Source: Lepidodermella squamata (Eukaryota > Animalia > Gastrotricha). From it: 64,000 nucleotides of DNA. Shown here piece by piece: positions 31,835-45,724 of this stretch (positions within the stretch are counted from its first letter, which is position 1; each line of letters starts with the position of its first letter). Position numbers and translations under genes: made by a program. The stretch spans positions 2,914,001 to 2,978,000 of the forward strand of contig JBLDXI010000009.1 of the NCBI GenBank assembly GCA_047495785.1, in the 5' to 3' direction. Below the pieces are notes generated by a model. It ran no database searches. It was not told the origin of the DNA and saw only the letters and a list, made by a program, of their open reading frames with translations.

Positions 31835-32584
31835 ATGAATTCATATTGCGACTTGGATAGAGATATTGTAAACAGAACACCTGAAATCGATAACGCTGCA
31901 GACCATGGCTCAAGACTTATCGGTGATCTCGACCAAATTTTGGCGAAGCTTACCTGCCTAGAGGGCCGAGTCGATAATCTCAATTATACAGTTTCCGACT
32001 TACTTAAACACAACAAGCTGAGTTCGAGAGGTCTTCACAATCTCGCCCTGCTGTCTGCATTTTCGAATAAGCCCCTGATGCAAGTTCTAGAGGTCTGCTT
32101 CAAGTTCCTTACTATCGGAGAGCCGTTTTTCTATGAAACCGAATTACCGGACGATATTATCAACTTCGCAAGACTCGAGCGACTGCGATCAGTGGATGCT
32201 GAATGTTTGATTCGCGGCGTGGACCGGCTGCATAATAACATGAAAATTCTAGCAATTTGGCGAAAATCCGCTGCGAGCAATTTGGGCCACATTCTGGCAG
32301 CGATTATCGAATTAGGATATCCCCAGCAACAAAATTCAGCAATCGCAGTCTTGATTGCATTCAAACACAGTGCCTTGACGTTTTGCATGCTACAAAACAA
32401 CAATTTTGTGGTCTTCGACGGCAAAACGGGTGAATTTGTCCGAATGCTCAACAGTCCGAAGTCAGTCCTTCGCTTAGTAGAAGCTTCCTCGCTTAATTAC
32501 TTTGGCCTCAGTGCTGGGCCGGCTTCAGATCAAACAATCGATATAATTGTATTGAAATCAAGGCATCATTATATCAAAGAATAA
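31835..32584 (+). CDS. Uncharacterised intronless 249-aa protein
   Basis: Long ATG ORF with ACCATG context; N-terminal coiled-coil-like segment; no family recognised. Confidence 0.55.
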   Translation: MNSYCDLDRDIVNRTPEIDNAADHGSRLIGDLDQILAKLTCLEGRVDNLNYTVSDLLKHNKLSSRGLHNLALLSAFSNKPLMQVLEVCFKFLTIGEPFFYETELPDDIINFARLERLRSVDAECLIRGVDRLHNNMKILAIWRKSAASNLGHILAAIIELGYPQQQNSAIAVLIAFKHSALTFCMLQNNNFVVFDGKTGEFVRMLNSPKSVLRLVEASSLNYFGLSAGPASDQTIDIIVLKSRHHYIKE

Positions 32585-32702
32585 AACTAACTAATGCTCT
32601 TCTTGCGGCAATTATGATTAAACTAAATGCCCCCAAGGGATTTCAGAAGTTTCAGAAGTGCATTTTGTCTCAGAAGTCTAGCGAAACATTATATTATTTT
32701 TA

Positions 32703-34533
32703 ATGAATTCATTCACATGTTTTATTACTCTCCTAAATGTTGTTACGTACGGTCTTGGGCAAACCATGTTGAAGGACGTACCAAAGCTTTGTTATGGACC
32801 AGAATGTAAGCAAAGACATCGAGCCTTTTACATTATAAAAGAGTTATATCAAAATGCAGCTAATGTCACTGAGCAGGATATTTTCGAGCTGTTATTTTCG
32901 AGATACGGCAGCTGGCAGCGTCCGATAAAAAGTGTAACAGAACCTGTTAAAGTTAACGTCAGCCTGGGATTGTCGTCGATAAACGACGTGGTAAGCTTCT
33001 AGCCGTGATTTAGAAATGGTGCACATTATATAACTATCATCAAATTATTTCTTGTAACAATTTTCGGTTTTTCAGTTTAATTCTTACGAATTTTTAATTT
33101 TCAATTATAATTTCAAAGTTTGTGGCCAATGTTTCAGATTGAAAAGAATCGCATTATAAGGCTCACTGGATATCTGTCAATAAGATGGAGGGACCAGTTT
33201 CGCGTTTGGCGAAATGACTATCCTCTTAACTGCGTGCCGTCAGTAGGTAGGCCATTTTTTATTGAGCAATGAAGCTGATGACATCCAGCTTTCTTACGAA
33301 GTTGTACCTCACGAAGAGATATGGCTACCGGACGTAGCTTTGATGAACGGCGATGGAAGATACGTTATCATGAACCTCCCAGGAGAGAAAGTTCGTGTGC
33401 ACAGCGACGGCTATGTACTTTACAGTCCCGGAGGAACTTTCGACGTCTTCTGCCAGTACAATTTACAGCTGTAAGGTTTACATTTTAATAATGATTGCTA
33501 TATTAAATACGATGGTCCCGTAGATTCCCTTACGATGTTCAAACTTGCCGAATTCAGCTTGAGTCATGGCGATATAGCCATCCTCTTATGACGCTCAATT
33601 TCGGCGATCCACCGGTGAAACTCTTCCAATGGCTCGAAAACGACCAGTGGGAGATGGTTAATATTACCCAAACGTCGTATGATCTCTCTTATTTCGACCC
33701 GCAAAGCTCCTTCGATCACATTGAATTCATCATTACAATCAAGCGAAAGGCGTTATTCTACATCATGTCAATAATGATTCCAGCACTTATAATTTCACTG
33801 ACACAAATATCGATTTTCGCGCTGCCAGTGAGTTTTGTCACTTCGCCAAACTTCGCCAGTAATAGGAAACATGTATCCAATAGGTTGAAGAAGTCAACAA
33901 AGTCTACATCTTATTCACATGCATGCTTGCCTACCTTGTCTTCTTACTCATGATTGTCGGTGATATGCCAAGGTAAACAAAGATAGGAACTTTTTAAATT
34001 GATGATTCATCCTATTATAGATCGAGTGATTCGGTGCCCATGCTTTCTATATCTATCAACGTTTGCATGGCTCTCATTGCGATATCGATCTTTGGAGAAA
34101 GCATCGTATTTGGATTTCTGAGATTGGCCGAATCTGATCACAGTAATGGCCCTATGGAAGTCCCCCACTGGATTATGAATGCTGCAACTGTTATTGCCAA
34201 GCTTCTTTGCGTTAGGATCGACCCGAAACTTAGCTCTTTCAAAGGCATTGTCATCAAATTCTCAACATCAAAAGTCAGTATTAATAACGAATCTGGTAAT
34301 TTTTTGATAGCCCACAAGCTAGCACTATATCACTTGTTTTAGATTCGGTTGAAAGGCCTGACCCGTTAACAGCCCCAGATAACGTTTTGCTTACAAGAAG
34401 ACGATGGAGGTTTGCAGCGCGAGTTGTGGACCGTGTGACATTTGCCGTGTACTGTGTGGGTGCTTGCGGAATTCCCTTGATCATGTTCGTTGCTCTACCA
34501 GTCCTATCCTATCGTCGACATAGCTACATGTGA
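32703..34533 (+). CDS. Divergent nAChR-like Cys-loop receptor subunit 1 (spliced)
   Basis: WQRP, IWLPDV, Cys-loop CQYNLQL|FPYDVQTC, ESWRY, M1-M4, AARVVDR; no vicinal CC. Confidence 0.88.
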
Positions 34534-34695
34534 GGGCGGCAATCGATTTCGGAAATTCATGTAATTTTATTGACTCAATGGCAGACACACATGCTGTGGC
34601 AACATTGATAGTGCTGGATATAATTAACGAGAAGTAAATCTATGAGTGCCACTAGCACCAAGCTATGATTGGGTAGTTCTTTTGAGTTTGAAGTA

Positions 34696-36417
34696 ATGAA
34701 AAGCTGGAAGACTTTGTCACCGTTATTCCTTAATTTCTGCATCCTCCACGTGACCTATTCCCAAACGTCCCTTCAAGATGTCCCAAAAGGATGCAATGAC
34801 TCAACAACAGGTAATAGGAACACTTATATTTCATAAATTCTAGACTTTAATTCAATATACAGAGGTCACGGAACAAGATGTTGCCGAAAGGATTTTTGCT
34901 CGTTTTGGGAAATGGCAGCGACCTATAAGAAATGTCTCTTTCCCTGTCAGAGTTAATGTCAGTTTTGGATTCACAGCAATAAATGACGTGGTAGGAAGAG
35001 ACTATGATGTGTCATTTTTAAAAGTTAATTCGATATATTTAGATCGAAAAAGATCGAGTCATTCGCCTGACTGGGTATCTTTCGATCCGATGGTGGGATC
35101 AATACAGAGTTTGGAAAGATATTTTCCCCTTAAATTGTGTTCAATACGTAGGTGAGTTCTTATGATAATGGTTGTAATTAATTTGATTAAATAATGCTAA
35201 TTATGACAGTCATACCTGCCGAGGATGTTTGGATTCCAGATATAGCGTTGATGAATGGTGAAAGCCATTACACAATAATGACTCTAGGTGGAGAGAAAGT
35301 TAGAATTCACAGTGATGGCTACTCATATTTCAGTCCAGGCGGTACATTTCCAATTTTCTGTGAATACGACCTCCGATTGTAAGGTCATGATTGTATATAA
35401 ATTACAAGGGTTATCGATCTTTTCGGATACAGATTCCCCTTTGACGAACAATCCTGCGCAATTCAACTGGAATCTTGGCGATACACTCACCCAATGATGC
35501 ATCTTAAATTTCATCAGCCACCCATCAAAATTGTCCAGTGGCTGGAAAACGACCAATGGACTCTGAAGAACTTCACCGTCAAGAACATCGATCTGTCATA
35601 TTTCGAAGCACAAAATTCGTTTGATCGCTTGGAGTTTCACATAAAAATCAAACGAAAATCACTATTTTACGTTATGTCAATCATGATCCCAGCGATGATC
35701 ATTTCGTTTACTCAGCTCTCAATATTTGCTTTACCGGTGAGATCTCAAATTCTGACAAATTTCTTCGCTGATTCATAATGTTCAAGGTCGGAGAAGTCAA
35801 CAAGATTTACATTCTGTTCACATGCCTTTTGGCTTATTTGGTTTTCTTGCTCATGATTGTTGACGACATGCCAAGGTTAGGAAATTATATAACACTCTCG
35901 CTTTGGTTTTAATTTTTGTCCCAGGTCAAGTGGTTCGGTGCCTCTTCTCTCCATATCGATCTACGTCTGTATGGCTTTGATAGCATTTTCCATTATCGGA
36001 GAGGGCATCGTTTTTGGTTTGCTGCGGTTGGCTGATTCGGATGATAGCCGGGGCCCCCTTCAAATACCTGCAACATTCTTTTCTCTTATGGTGCTATTTG
36101 GGCAAATTCTATGCGTTCGCGTCGATCCGAAAATTTTGCTGCGGGTCTCTAAACTCGCCGCTACGAAGCAAGCTGTTACTCCAAATGCAGGTAAGAAAAT
36201 GTTATCAAAACTGAAGGCTGATATTTGCACCATTCGTGTTACAGTGCCGGATGGCATTGGCAGAGGTCAAGGATTTTCTCGCGAATTTGTAAAAGCGACA
36301 CGGAAAAAGTGGAAATATGCAGCTCGTGTCATTGATCGATTAACTTTTGCAATATACTTGACTGGGGCATTAGTCATCCCTATCATAATGTTCGGGGTTA
36401 TACCTTTATTGTCTTAA
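34696..36417 (+). CDS. Divergent nAChR-like subunit 2
   Basis: Similar exon pattern; CEYDLRL|FPFDEQSC; AARVIDR. Confidence 0.88.
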
Positions 36418-36767
36418 TTTCTGGCAAAGCTGAGCTACGAAACGAATCCTGTGGTGTTTTCCCTCGCAAATCAATATTATGCCCACGATTTTTGGAAGTT
36501 TTAAACTTGAAATATAACTTGACAATATACGTGATCCTGGGTATAACATTTGGATTAATCAATTGTCTTGAGCGGTTATATTGTCTTAAAATTTTGGTTG
36601 TGCATACTCTGCTTTCTGATGGAAAAAGCGGAAATGTGAAACTAGGTGAGTATTGGTTCCTGGTAAAATAATGTGAGCAATGTGCAAATAAAGTAGCGAT
36701 TTTTTGCGACAAACAAATTTTATTGTACAATGCTTACTGTCGGGGGAAATACATTTGCAAGTTCAGA

Positions 36768-38467
36768 ATGATGCTTTTCGCCACGCTTTTACTGATCACT
36801 TTTTCTCAATGCATTTCGCTGACTTCAAGTCAAACTTCGCAAGCCGACGTACCAGATGGCTGCAAATTAAGCAATTATGGTAGATTATACGCATCCATTT
36901 GATAAAACCCAACGTCTCCATTTGTTTCACAGAGGTGAATGAGCAAGATTTATCGGATAGATTGTTTTCTCGGTTCGGAAGATGGCAGCGGCCGATAAGA
37001 AACGTTAGCCAATCTATCAAAGTTAACGTCAGCTTCGGCTTCACCGCGATCAACGACGTGGTAAGAAGAAAACCGAGTAAAACCTGAAGTTTCTTAATAA
37101 TTTGAAAAGATTGAGAAAGACCGAGCCATGCTGCTCACTGGCTATTTCTCGATCAGATGGTGGGACCAATTCAGGGTTTGGAAGGACAACTATCCTCTGA
37201 ATTGTATTCCGTACGTGGGTAAGCCATTCAGCCCTCAAATTGAGCTTTATCCAAGTCTTTTCCCAAGTTATTCCAGGTGACGAGGTTTGGCTCCCCGACC
37301 TTGCGATGCTGAATAGCGATAGTCATTACACGATTATGGCAGCTGCTGGAGAAAAGGCCAGAATGCACAGTGATGGCTATGTCTCTTTTAGCCCAGGTGG
37401 CACATTCAAAATCCTATGCGAGTTTAATCTCAGATTGTAATATTATCCATTCTCATATCTCTCCGAATCACATATTTTCACGTATTCAAGGTTTCCATTT
37501 GATCAGCAAACCTGTTTCATTCGATTTGAATCGTGGCGATATACGAAAGGACTAATGTCGTTGCAGTTTCACCAGCCACCTATTAAGATGTTCGAATGGC
37601 TCGAGAACAGCCACTGGTCGCTAGTCAACACTTCCTACAGGATGTACGGCCTTTCCTACTTCGATCCGCAGAACTCATTCGATCGATTGGAGTTCAGTAT
37701 TACAATTAGACGAAAATCCTTCTTTTACGTGATATCAATCATTCTACCGGCCATAATAATATCATTCACACAATTTTCAATATTCGCTTTGCCGGTAAGT
37801 TTAAAATTATGATGAACAACTTCACCAAGTAAATCTCACTGCATCAGGTTGGCGAGGTCAACAAGATCTACATGCTCTTCACTTGCTTGGTAGCCTATTT
37901 GATTTTCCTACTCATGATCGTAGATGACATGCCTAAGTATAAACTCAAACCTCCTTTTAGCATTGACTTCACTTATTTTCGGTTAGGTCAAGCGACTCAG
38001 TGCCATTGCTGTCTATATCAATTTTTGTATGCATGGCTCTCATTGCGGTATCGATAGCTGGGGAGGGGGTTGTATTTAGCTTTCTGCGAATGTCAGATGC
38101 TGATGAAGGCGCTCTCACTAGGCCTGTTCCATCGAAGCTTTTGTCCGTATTTAGAATCTTGGGGGACATTCTCCGCGTCCCAACCAATGAAAAACTGTTC
38201 TTGATCACCACGGCAGGCAGTGATCAAGAGGTCGGAGGAATCCAAGGTACGCCCGTTTTAAATTTTAAATGAACGTTAAAATCATTAGTTCTTTTAGCAA
38301 TATCTGACAAGCGATTCAACGTGAATTCGCGCGAGTTGGCCAGGTTGTCAAGGAAACGCTGGATTTACGCAGCCAAGGTTGTTGATCGATTGACATTTGT
38401 TATTTACTGCATTGGAGCTTTGATAATGCCAATTATGATGTTCATAATTACTCCAGCAATGTCGTAA
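36768..38467 (+). CDS. Divergent nAChR-like subunit 3
   Basis: CEFNLRL|FPFDQQTC; AAKVVDR; ends PAMS-TAA. Confidence 0.85.
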
Positions 38468-39088
38468 ACCAATTGTTTCAGGAATAAAACACGTCGTATA
38501 AATCGCCAAATTTTCCAATAATACCAACTCAGCTTTCAACGGTGTAATGGCCATCTGGGGTGGTCATATTTCGCTTGATTTCATCGATCGCAATACCTAT
38601 TTTCGATTCCCAGTTGAAAGCACATGCATTTAGGATGCATGTTTGAAATTACTTCACGGCAGGCGAGAGATTATTTCATTCGCTATTCGTGCTGATGATC
38701 GATCCAGCTGCTCACTTTTCAATGTCCGACGTAGAGCTGCTGTCTACCTCCAGGTGTCTTGATCGCTTTTGCTGCTGAACTAAAGCCTATGTGAATCCTC
38801 GCCTTGGGGCCGTAATTCTGCTTAGATTACATTCTGCTTTCTATTCCCAGCACATTATCGTGCTAGTTTCCCACCAAAGGGCATCGAAATTAATTCGATG
38901 ATAATTTGACCCCTAGATATTCCAGCTGAAGTGTGTGTTTGTCCAGTGATTAAAAGCAATTAATCGTCAAATTAGGACGAAATTTAATAGCTAAGAAGTA
39001 TCACATGCCAAAGTTCGCTGAGTATCTTGGCAGCTGATATAACATGAGGCGAATTTCTCTAAATGTCTAGCTATAACCGCGGCGACAA

Positions 39089-40365
39089 CACTCTAAGACC
39101 TAACACGGCTTTCGCCTATATTAAAAACCTAGTCCGTAACCCGTGTCATTTTTCGCACGAGACCCGTTATGTAAGGTGTGACTAACTGAACCGGGACGCC
39201 CGGTTTACGACCCGGCTGTGGCGTCTTGCCTTACGTAACGGGTCTCGTGCGAAAAATGACACGGGTTTGCCCCGGCTTTGGCCAGACCCGGTTTTGGTTC
39301 CACCATTCCGGTTTTCATCCCGATTTTCGTATCCTTTCATCCTTTTCATCTTTTCATCATTTCCAACTTGTAACTTCTACACCAATAAGTCGCGGTCATC
39401 AAGTGCAAGTCTTTAGTTAGACGGAGAGCCAGAGTAATTTAAAACAAGTGGAAACAAAAGAAAAGCTTCGAAGAGAAAAACTGCTTAGGTTAGATGCGCG
39501 TGTGGGAGAGAGCTATCCGGTCCGATTAAACCAAAATTTTGAACACCTCCTATAAAATACAAATAAATTAGACAATAAGTATTGAAGTTTTGAATAAAAA
39601 CGATATGTGGAGAACTTTTCTCAATTAGAAACGCTGTAGACCCTCTCGCAGCCATCATCGCAGACTAATACAAGCAAAACAAGACAAATTAGGCTCAAAA
39701 TGATTATTTTGAAGTTTGAAATTAGGTTGAATTCAGGTAGAGTTGCTCGTTGACGGCCGAGAATTTTCGAAAGAGATGAGCGTCAAAGAAAACGATTGTT
39801 TGCTAAAATTACATTCTAAAAAGTCTTACCTATTACCCCAGACTGATGAAAATTGAGGACGGAGTCGCCCAAGTTCTGAAAGCATCAAATTCGTGCCAAC
39901 GTGCATGGGCTCTCACATAAATCATCACATAAATCATCACAATACTTATAAGTAAAAAAATGCAAGTCAGCTAATCTCTCGTCGTCGTCGTCGTCGATAT
40001 AGGTTGAATTTTTGAAAAACCGGACCTCGCCGAGGGAATGGTCGACGGCATCCCGGGTTACTACCCGGATTTATCGCGCGCGTTGTTAAGCGAAATCCCA
40101 CATCCCGGTTCATGTTCCAGGTTTTCCCGGTTCGACTAAATTTGAATGAAAAGGCCAAGCCGGGCCGGAAACCGGCTCACGCTAGTATCGGTTCACGGGC
40201 TAGGTTTTCTAACATTGTATCGGGTTTGTACCTGGTTTGTGGATTGGTTTGCCGTTGCGAAAACCGCTACTTCTGGCGTAACGATTCGAGGACTAGGTTT
40301 TCTAACATTGTCCCGGGTTCAGCCCGGCTTTCGTAAAAACGAAAACCATGTAAAGTTTTAGAGTG
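39089..40365. mobile_element. Non-autonomous CMC (EnSpm/Mirage)-like DNA transposon
   Basis: Imperfect ~26-bp TIRs CACTCTAA(G/A)AC.., 2-bp AA flanks, many subterminal (A)ACCCGG/CCGGGTT motifs, an internal 39-bp hairpin (39138-39267). Confidence 0.65.
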
Positions 40366-40415
40366 AACTCACAAAACAGATTAAATCTCTGTAAACCGAA
40401 GAGATATACCACGAT

Positions 40416-42203
40416 ATGATAACCGTGCATTATCTTCAAGAAAGGCATAATTTAGTTATCTGCCTTCTCGCAACTTTGATCCCATTGTGTACATCACAAT
40501 CCTCATTCGCAAATCGTCCGAAGGCTTGCGATAAAGCCGCAGGTAAGACATTAAATTCCTTCTAGCCTATTATAACCATTTCCTATGAAATAGTTAGCGA
40601 ACGAAACCTTTCAATTTCGATTTTCTCTGGAATTGAGAACTGGCAGCGGCCACTAACAAACGCTAGCAAGCCAATTATCATCAACGTAACCTTATCACTT
40701 TCGGCAATCAATGAAGTGGTTGGTCTATACCTGCTTAACATCAAATTATTAACCTTTATTTCACTATAGATAGAGAAAGACAGAATTTTGCGAATGTCGG
40801 GCTACCTCAACATGCGATGGTTCGACGAGCTGCGCGTATGGAATGCCTCGTTTCCTCACAACTGCATACCCTACATAAGTAATTTACGATTATTATTGAA
40901 GTTATTGTTATAATCGGTATCTAATTACAAACAGTTCTTCCTCGAAATGATGTGTGGATCCCGCACATCGCCTTGATAAATGCCATGGACTACTATGCGT
41001 TGACCTTTAATACAGTAGAAAAGGTGCGACTGCATAGTGACGGCTTCATTTCTTACAGCCCAGGTATTTGCAACTGAGAATCTAATCATTTCGGCTCACT
41101 GTGATTTTCAAAGGGGGAACTTTCAGTGCATTTTGTGATTTCAAATTACGTTTGTAAGTTCACCCGACGGTTCACAAGAATGTTAATTTGTTTCTTACTA
41201 CAATCCAGCTTCCCTTTTGACGACCAGTACTGTGAAATCATTTTTGAATCTTGGCGATACACATCCAGTTTTCTGAAACTCCGATTCGGTATGCCCAAAG
41301 TGTTTATCTACCAATGGCTTGAACATCAGCAGTGGGAACTTGTTAACACGTCGCAGAGGCTAAACGACATACCCTACTTTGATGCTGACAACAGCTTTGA
41401 ACGAGTAAGCTCATAATTTGCAACCTCTTAGTTTTCATAGTTTCCATTTTTAGATTATCTATACTATTCATATAAGGCGGAAGTCATTTTTCTACGTATT
41501 TTCCATCGTCTGTCCTGGTTTGATAATTTCATTGACTCAAATAGCGATTTTCGCTCTACCCGTAAACATTTAACCTTGAATTTTTCTTGAATTTAATATA
41601 TTTATTGCAGCTTGAAGAGGTGAACAAGATCTACATCCTATTTACGTGTTTGTTGGCTTACTTAGTCTTCCAGCTGATGATTGTTGACGATTTGCCCAGG
41701 TTCGATTTTGTTAATGAAAACACATGATTTAATTTCCTGAATCAAGGTCGAGTGAGCAGACACCGTTGCTTGCAATATACGTCAATATCAGCATGTTTCT
41801 GATTACGCTAACCATTCTTGGCGAGACAATCTGTTTTTCATTTCTCCACATGGCTAATTCGACGCATTCGGAAGGCCCGCCCCATCTCCCGCCCAACAGC
41901 CTAAAAGTTGCTCTTGCATTCGCCAAAATCATGGGCATCAGGATTGATTATGCAAAACTTGGCCTGCCTGACCCAAAGACAGCTCAGGACCAAGCTTATG
42001 GCACGCGTCCATATGAACAACCAGCTTCCAAATTTAGAATTGAAAGCGAAAAGGCGCTTCGACTTCGCGAAGTTGGAAAAACTCGAGCAAGGTGGCGATT
42101 TCTCGCCGTGATAGCTGATAGGGTGACACTCTACGTATATTCCTTTCTGGTGATTACTGTCCCTATTGTGATGTTTGGCATTATACCGCACGTTTGCGAG
42201 TAA
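40416..42203 (+). CDS. Divergent nAChR-like subunit 4
   Basis: CDFKLRF|FPFDDQYC, VWIPHI, AVIADR; extra introns relative to genes 1-3. Confidence 0.85.
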
Positions 42204-42794
42204 AAGATTCACAATTTTCTCTCAATATCGAACAATCCCATGCAACTTCGGATGTAAAAAACTTTAAGACCCACACAAAACCTTGTAATAGATTCTTTAA
42301 TCTTGAGATTTGTACTCGGAACGCACTCGCGTGATGCCGCAAAATGGGTCAAATTTTCCAAAACAACAAGTCGAATAAAAGTCAGATGAATATTTAAAAG
42401 TATGAATCGATGCTCGTTTATAGTCGACCTTTTAGTAAGTGTACATGTTGTTTTTATATCGCTTTTGAGCTGCGATTCACAACGTCGTTCCTGTTGACCT
42501 GGATTTATAGTATATGCCGCGATAAGAATAATTAAACCTCTAATTGCCATTTGATATTTTCGAACCGGAGTTCGAAGTATTTACATTATTTACGTATTAT
42601 TTGTATTCCCGATTGCTTTCTAGAACCTTCTTGGCCAATTAGCTAATGATGGGTAGCTGCAAAAGAATGATCACTACAATTTGATAACTTGAGTTATATG
42701 ATTATTTTATGACTCCTAAAAGTACAGTGGTCTGGTTGGTTGGGTGGAAATAATAATCCACTCATACCTAATAGAAGGTGGAATAAAAGGCCGG

Positions 42795-44598
42795 ATGTTT
42801 TCCCTTTGTAAAACTTCGGGCATCTACCTTGCTGTTCTGGCGCAACTTGCTTCATTGATTGATGGGCAATCGAAATTCAGTCAGCGACCAGAGGCTTGTG
42901 GGGCAGTTTTAAGTAAGTCATACTTTCATAATTCAGCCGGCTAAAATAAGAGTTTGCAGTGAGCGAGCGAGATATCTCGTTGTCTGTATTTTCTGGGATC
43001 GAAACATGGCAAAGACCCCTACGAAACGCAAGCCTGCCCATAGTTGTTAATGTAACACTATCCCTCTCTGCGATTAATGAGCTGGTAAGTCTCTAGCCAC
43101 ATGTTTCAGCTGAACTACAGCTTTTTGGCCCAGATTGAGAAGGACAGGGCCATGCGCATATCTGGCTACCTTAACATGCGATGGTTTGACGAATTGCGTG
43201 TTTGGAATACGACCTTTCCATTCAACTGCATACCATACATAAGTTAGGAATCATCTGCTTTGCTTTGAAACCACTTGCATATTTGATCCGCAGTCATTCC
43301 TAAGGAACAAGTTTGGATCCCCCATGTAGCCTTGATAAATGCTGTCGACTACTACGCTCTTACATTGAATACCGCTGAAAAAGTGAGACTTCACAGCGAT
43401 GGATTCCTAACCTATAGTCCAGGTCGGTTAGGCTAATATTCACCCTATTTCTAATCTAATTAAAGCTTTCACAGGCGGTACTTTCACCGTGTTTTGCGAA
43501 TTCAAGCTTCGCCTGTAAGTTACGGACCTTGAACCTACTATCGTCAAATCCTTTTCTCAGGTTCCCTTTTGACGATCAAACTTGCGATTTGATTTTGGAA
43601 TCATGGCGCTATACGTCAATATTCTTGAAGTTTCGATTTGGGAAACCAAACGTATTCATCTACCAGTGGCAAGAAAACCAGCAATGGCAGCTGATTGATA
43701 CCTCGCAACGTCTGATCGACATTCCTTACTTCGAAGCGGAAAACAGCTTCGACAGGGTTTATAGTTGACCTTCAAAGTGCTTAATTCGTTAAAAATTACA
43801 ATTTTAAGGTTATTTTCACAATCCGACTGCGCAGGAAGTCATTCTACTATCTCTTTGCAATTGTTGTCCCTGGAATGATCATTTCGCTGACCCAAATATC
43901 CGTTTTTGTTCTGCCCGTAAGATCCTTCTCATTTCCATCCCTACTTATTCATAAGTGTATGTTTTGCTATACAGCTCGAAGAAGTCAACAAGATATACAT
44001 TCTATTCACCTGCCTACTGGCCTACTTAGTATTTGAGCTAATGATATTTGGTGACTTGCCCAGGTAGGGTAGATGAGGGTTGAGCGAACATTGCATTAAT
44101 TTATTCAATATGTTTTCAAGGTCAAGCGATCAGACACCTTTGCTTTCGATTTACATCAACGTCAGCATGCTTCTGATTGCTATGTCGATCTTAGGCGAGA
44201 GCGTTTGCTTTGGCTTTTTGCGTATGGCTAATACTACGGATTCAGAGGGTCCCATGGACTTGTCGCGGAACAGCCTTCTCGTTGCTGTTAGCATTGCGAA
44301 GATTTTCTTCATCCGCATCGACTATAAACAACTTGGACTTGACGACTTGGACGATCTTGAGCCCAAACTGACGTATGCAGCACATGAAACGTTGTCAGTT
44401 CTGAGCTTAGCTGAGGCAACCGTTGACAAGAGCCGGATTCGGAGTTGGAAGTTGATGAAACAGCGTAAAATGGAAATTTGCCGAGCACAATGGCGATTTC
44501 TTGCCTTTCTTGCTGACAGGGTTACTCTTTACGTCTATGCATTTTGCGTGATCTTTGCTCCCATTGTGATGTTTGCTATCATTCCCCGAGTGTGTTGA
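42795..44598 (+). CDS. Divergent nAChR-like subunit 5
   Basis: CEFKLRL|FPFDDQTC; M2 KIYILFTCLLAYLVFELMIFGDLP. Confidence 0.87.
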
Positions 44599-45724
44599 AT
44601 TCCGCATTACCAGGTCTTCTTGGCTTTTGAATGGATGCACTACATTCTGAGAGCATTTTTTACTCATTGCAGCATAGCCTTATCTCCTCGCTATTAAAAT
44701 AAGCCGGATGATTGCTAATTTCTTCATCTTTGCCGCTTGAAAACAATAAAATATGGATTAAGGGATATCCACCTTGAAGAGTCATCGTGTTTCGATCGAT
44801 TGGGATCAGAGTCTCTGCTGATCTCAAGATGATCGGCGACTGAGATCCACAGGTACTTCCCTTCCCACTCGGAACGCTTTCGCTGCCGAGACGAGGCTCT
44901 TAATGAAACGATTTACTATTTGATGGCAAAAAGCATCACGAGCGCAAATCGATAATGCAACAAATTAGAAATGACCCACAGTTTGTATACCTTATTACGC
45001 TGGCTCATTGTTTATTTGGGACAGTTCAGAAACAGTAAGAATATCGTAGTTACCGAACCCGGGCCTAATGATACTCGAGGGAAAAGTAGGCTTCTGTTAG
45101 AGATAGGCTTATGCAATCTCAAAACCTAGCACAATGTTCGCAATTAAAATACAGATGTCATCATTATAGACAGGTTCCGCGTCGTCTTCGTCGTTCCTCC
45201 TCGCCTAATAGCTAAAAATTAAGAATAATTAGGAAAGCTACAACAAACCTACCGTGAATCGCAGATTATTAAATATCTTCAGGCATTTTCGTTTTAAAAC
45301 CGTTCAGCGCGTGCTTCTAGCTGCAGCAGAGCATACGTTTCGCACGTGCCGTAGTAGCCTAGACTAATATTCGAGATGTTCATCGACGAATTTCAATTAC
45401 CTAGGCTTCTAAATTCTGAATGAGGGGGGCTATATTTCGGTAACCAACGGTAATCAATGGTAATCAACTTCCTTTTCTGTCGCCAGTATTTTTGGCATTG
45501 ACAGCGTTTTGATCAAATCGCTCTTGCTAATTAGCTCCGCGAAAAACAAGCGAAGCGAAGCGTGCCATTGGGAATTTTCTACTCATCCATGTTTTAGGCG
45601 CATTCGTATCACTCATGTGGCCATTTTTTCGATCAATCATATGCATGTTGTCGATTGATTGCATCGAAGTCATGTTTTAGCTGTGCTATAAATTGCAGTG
45701 CCAATCAATTGCCCTCAAATAGTG

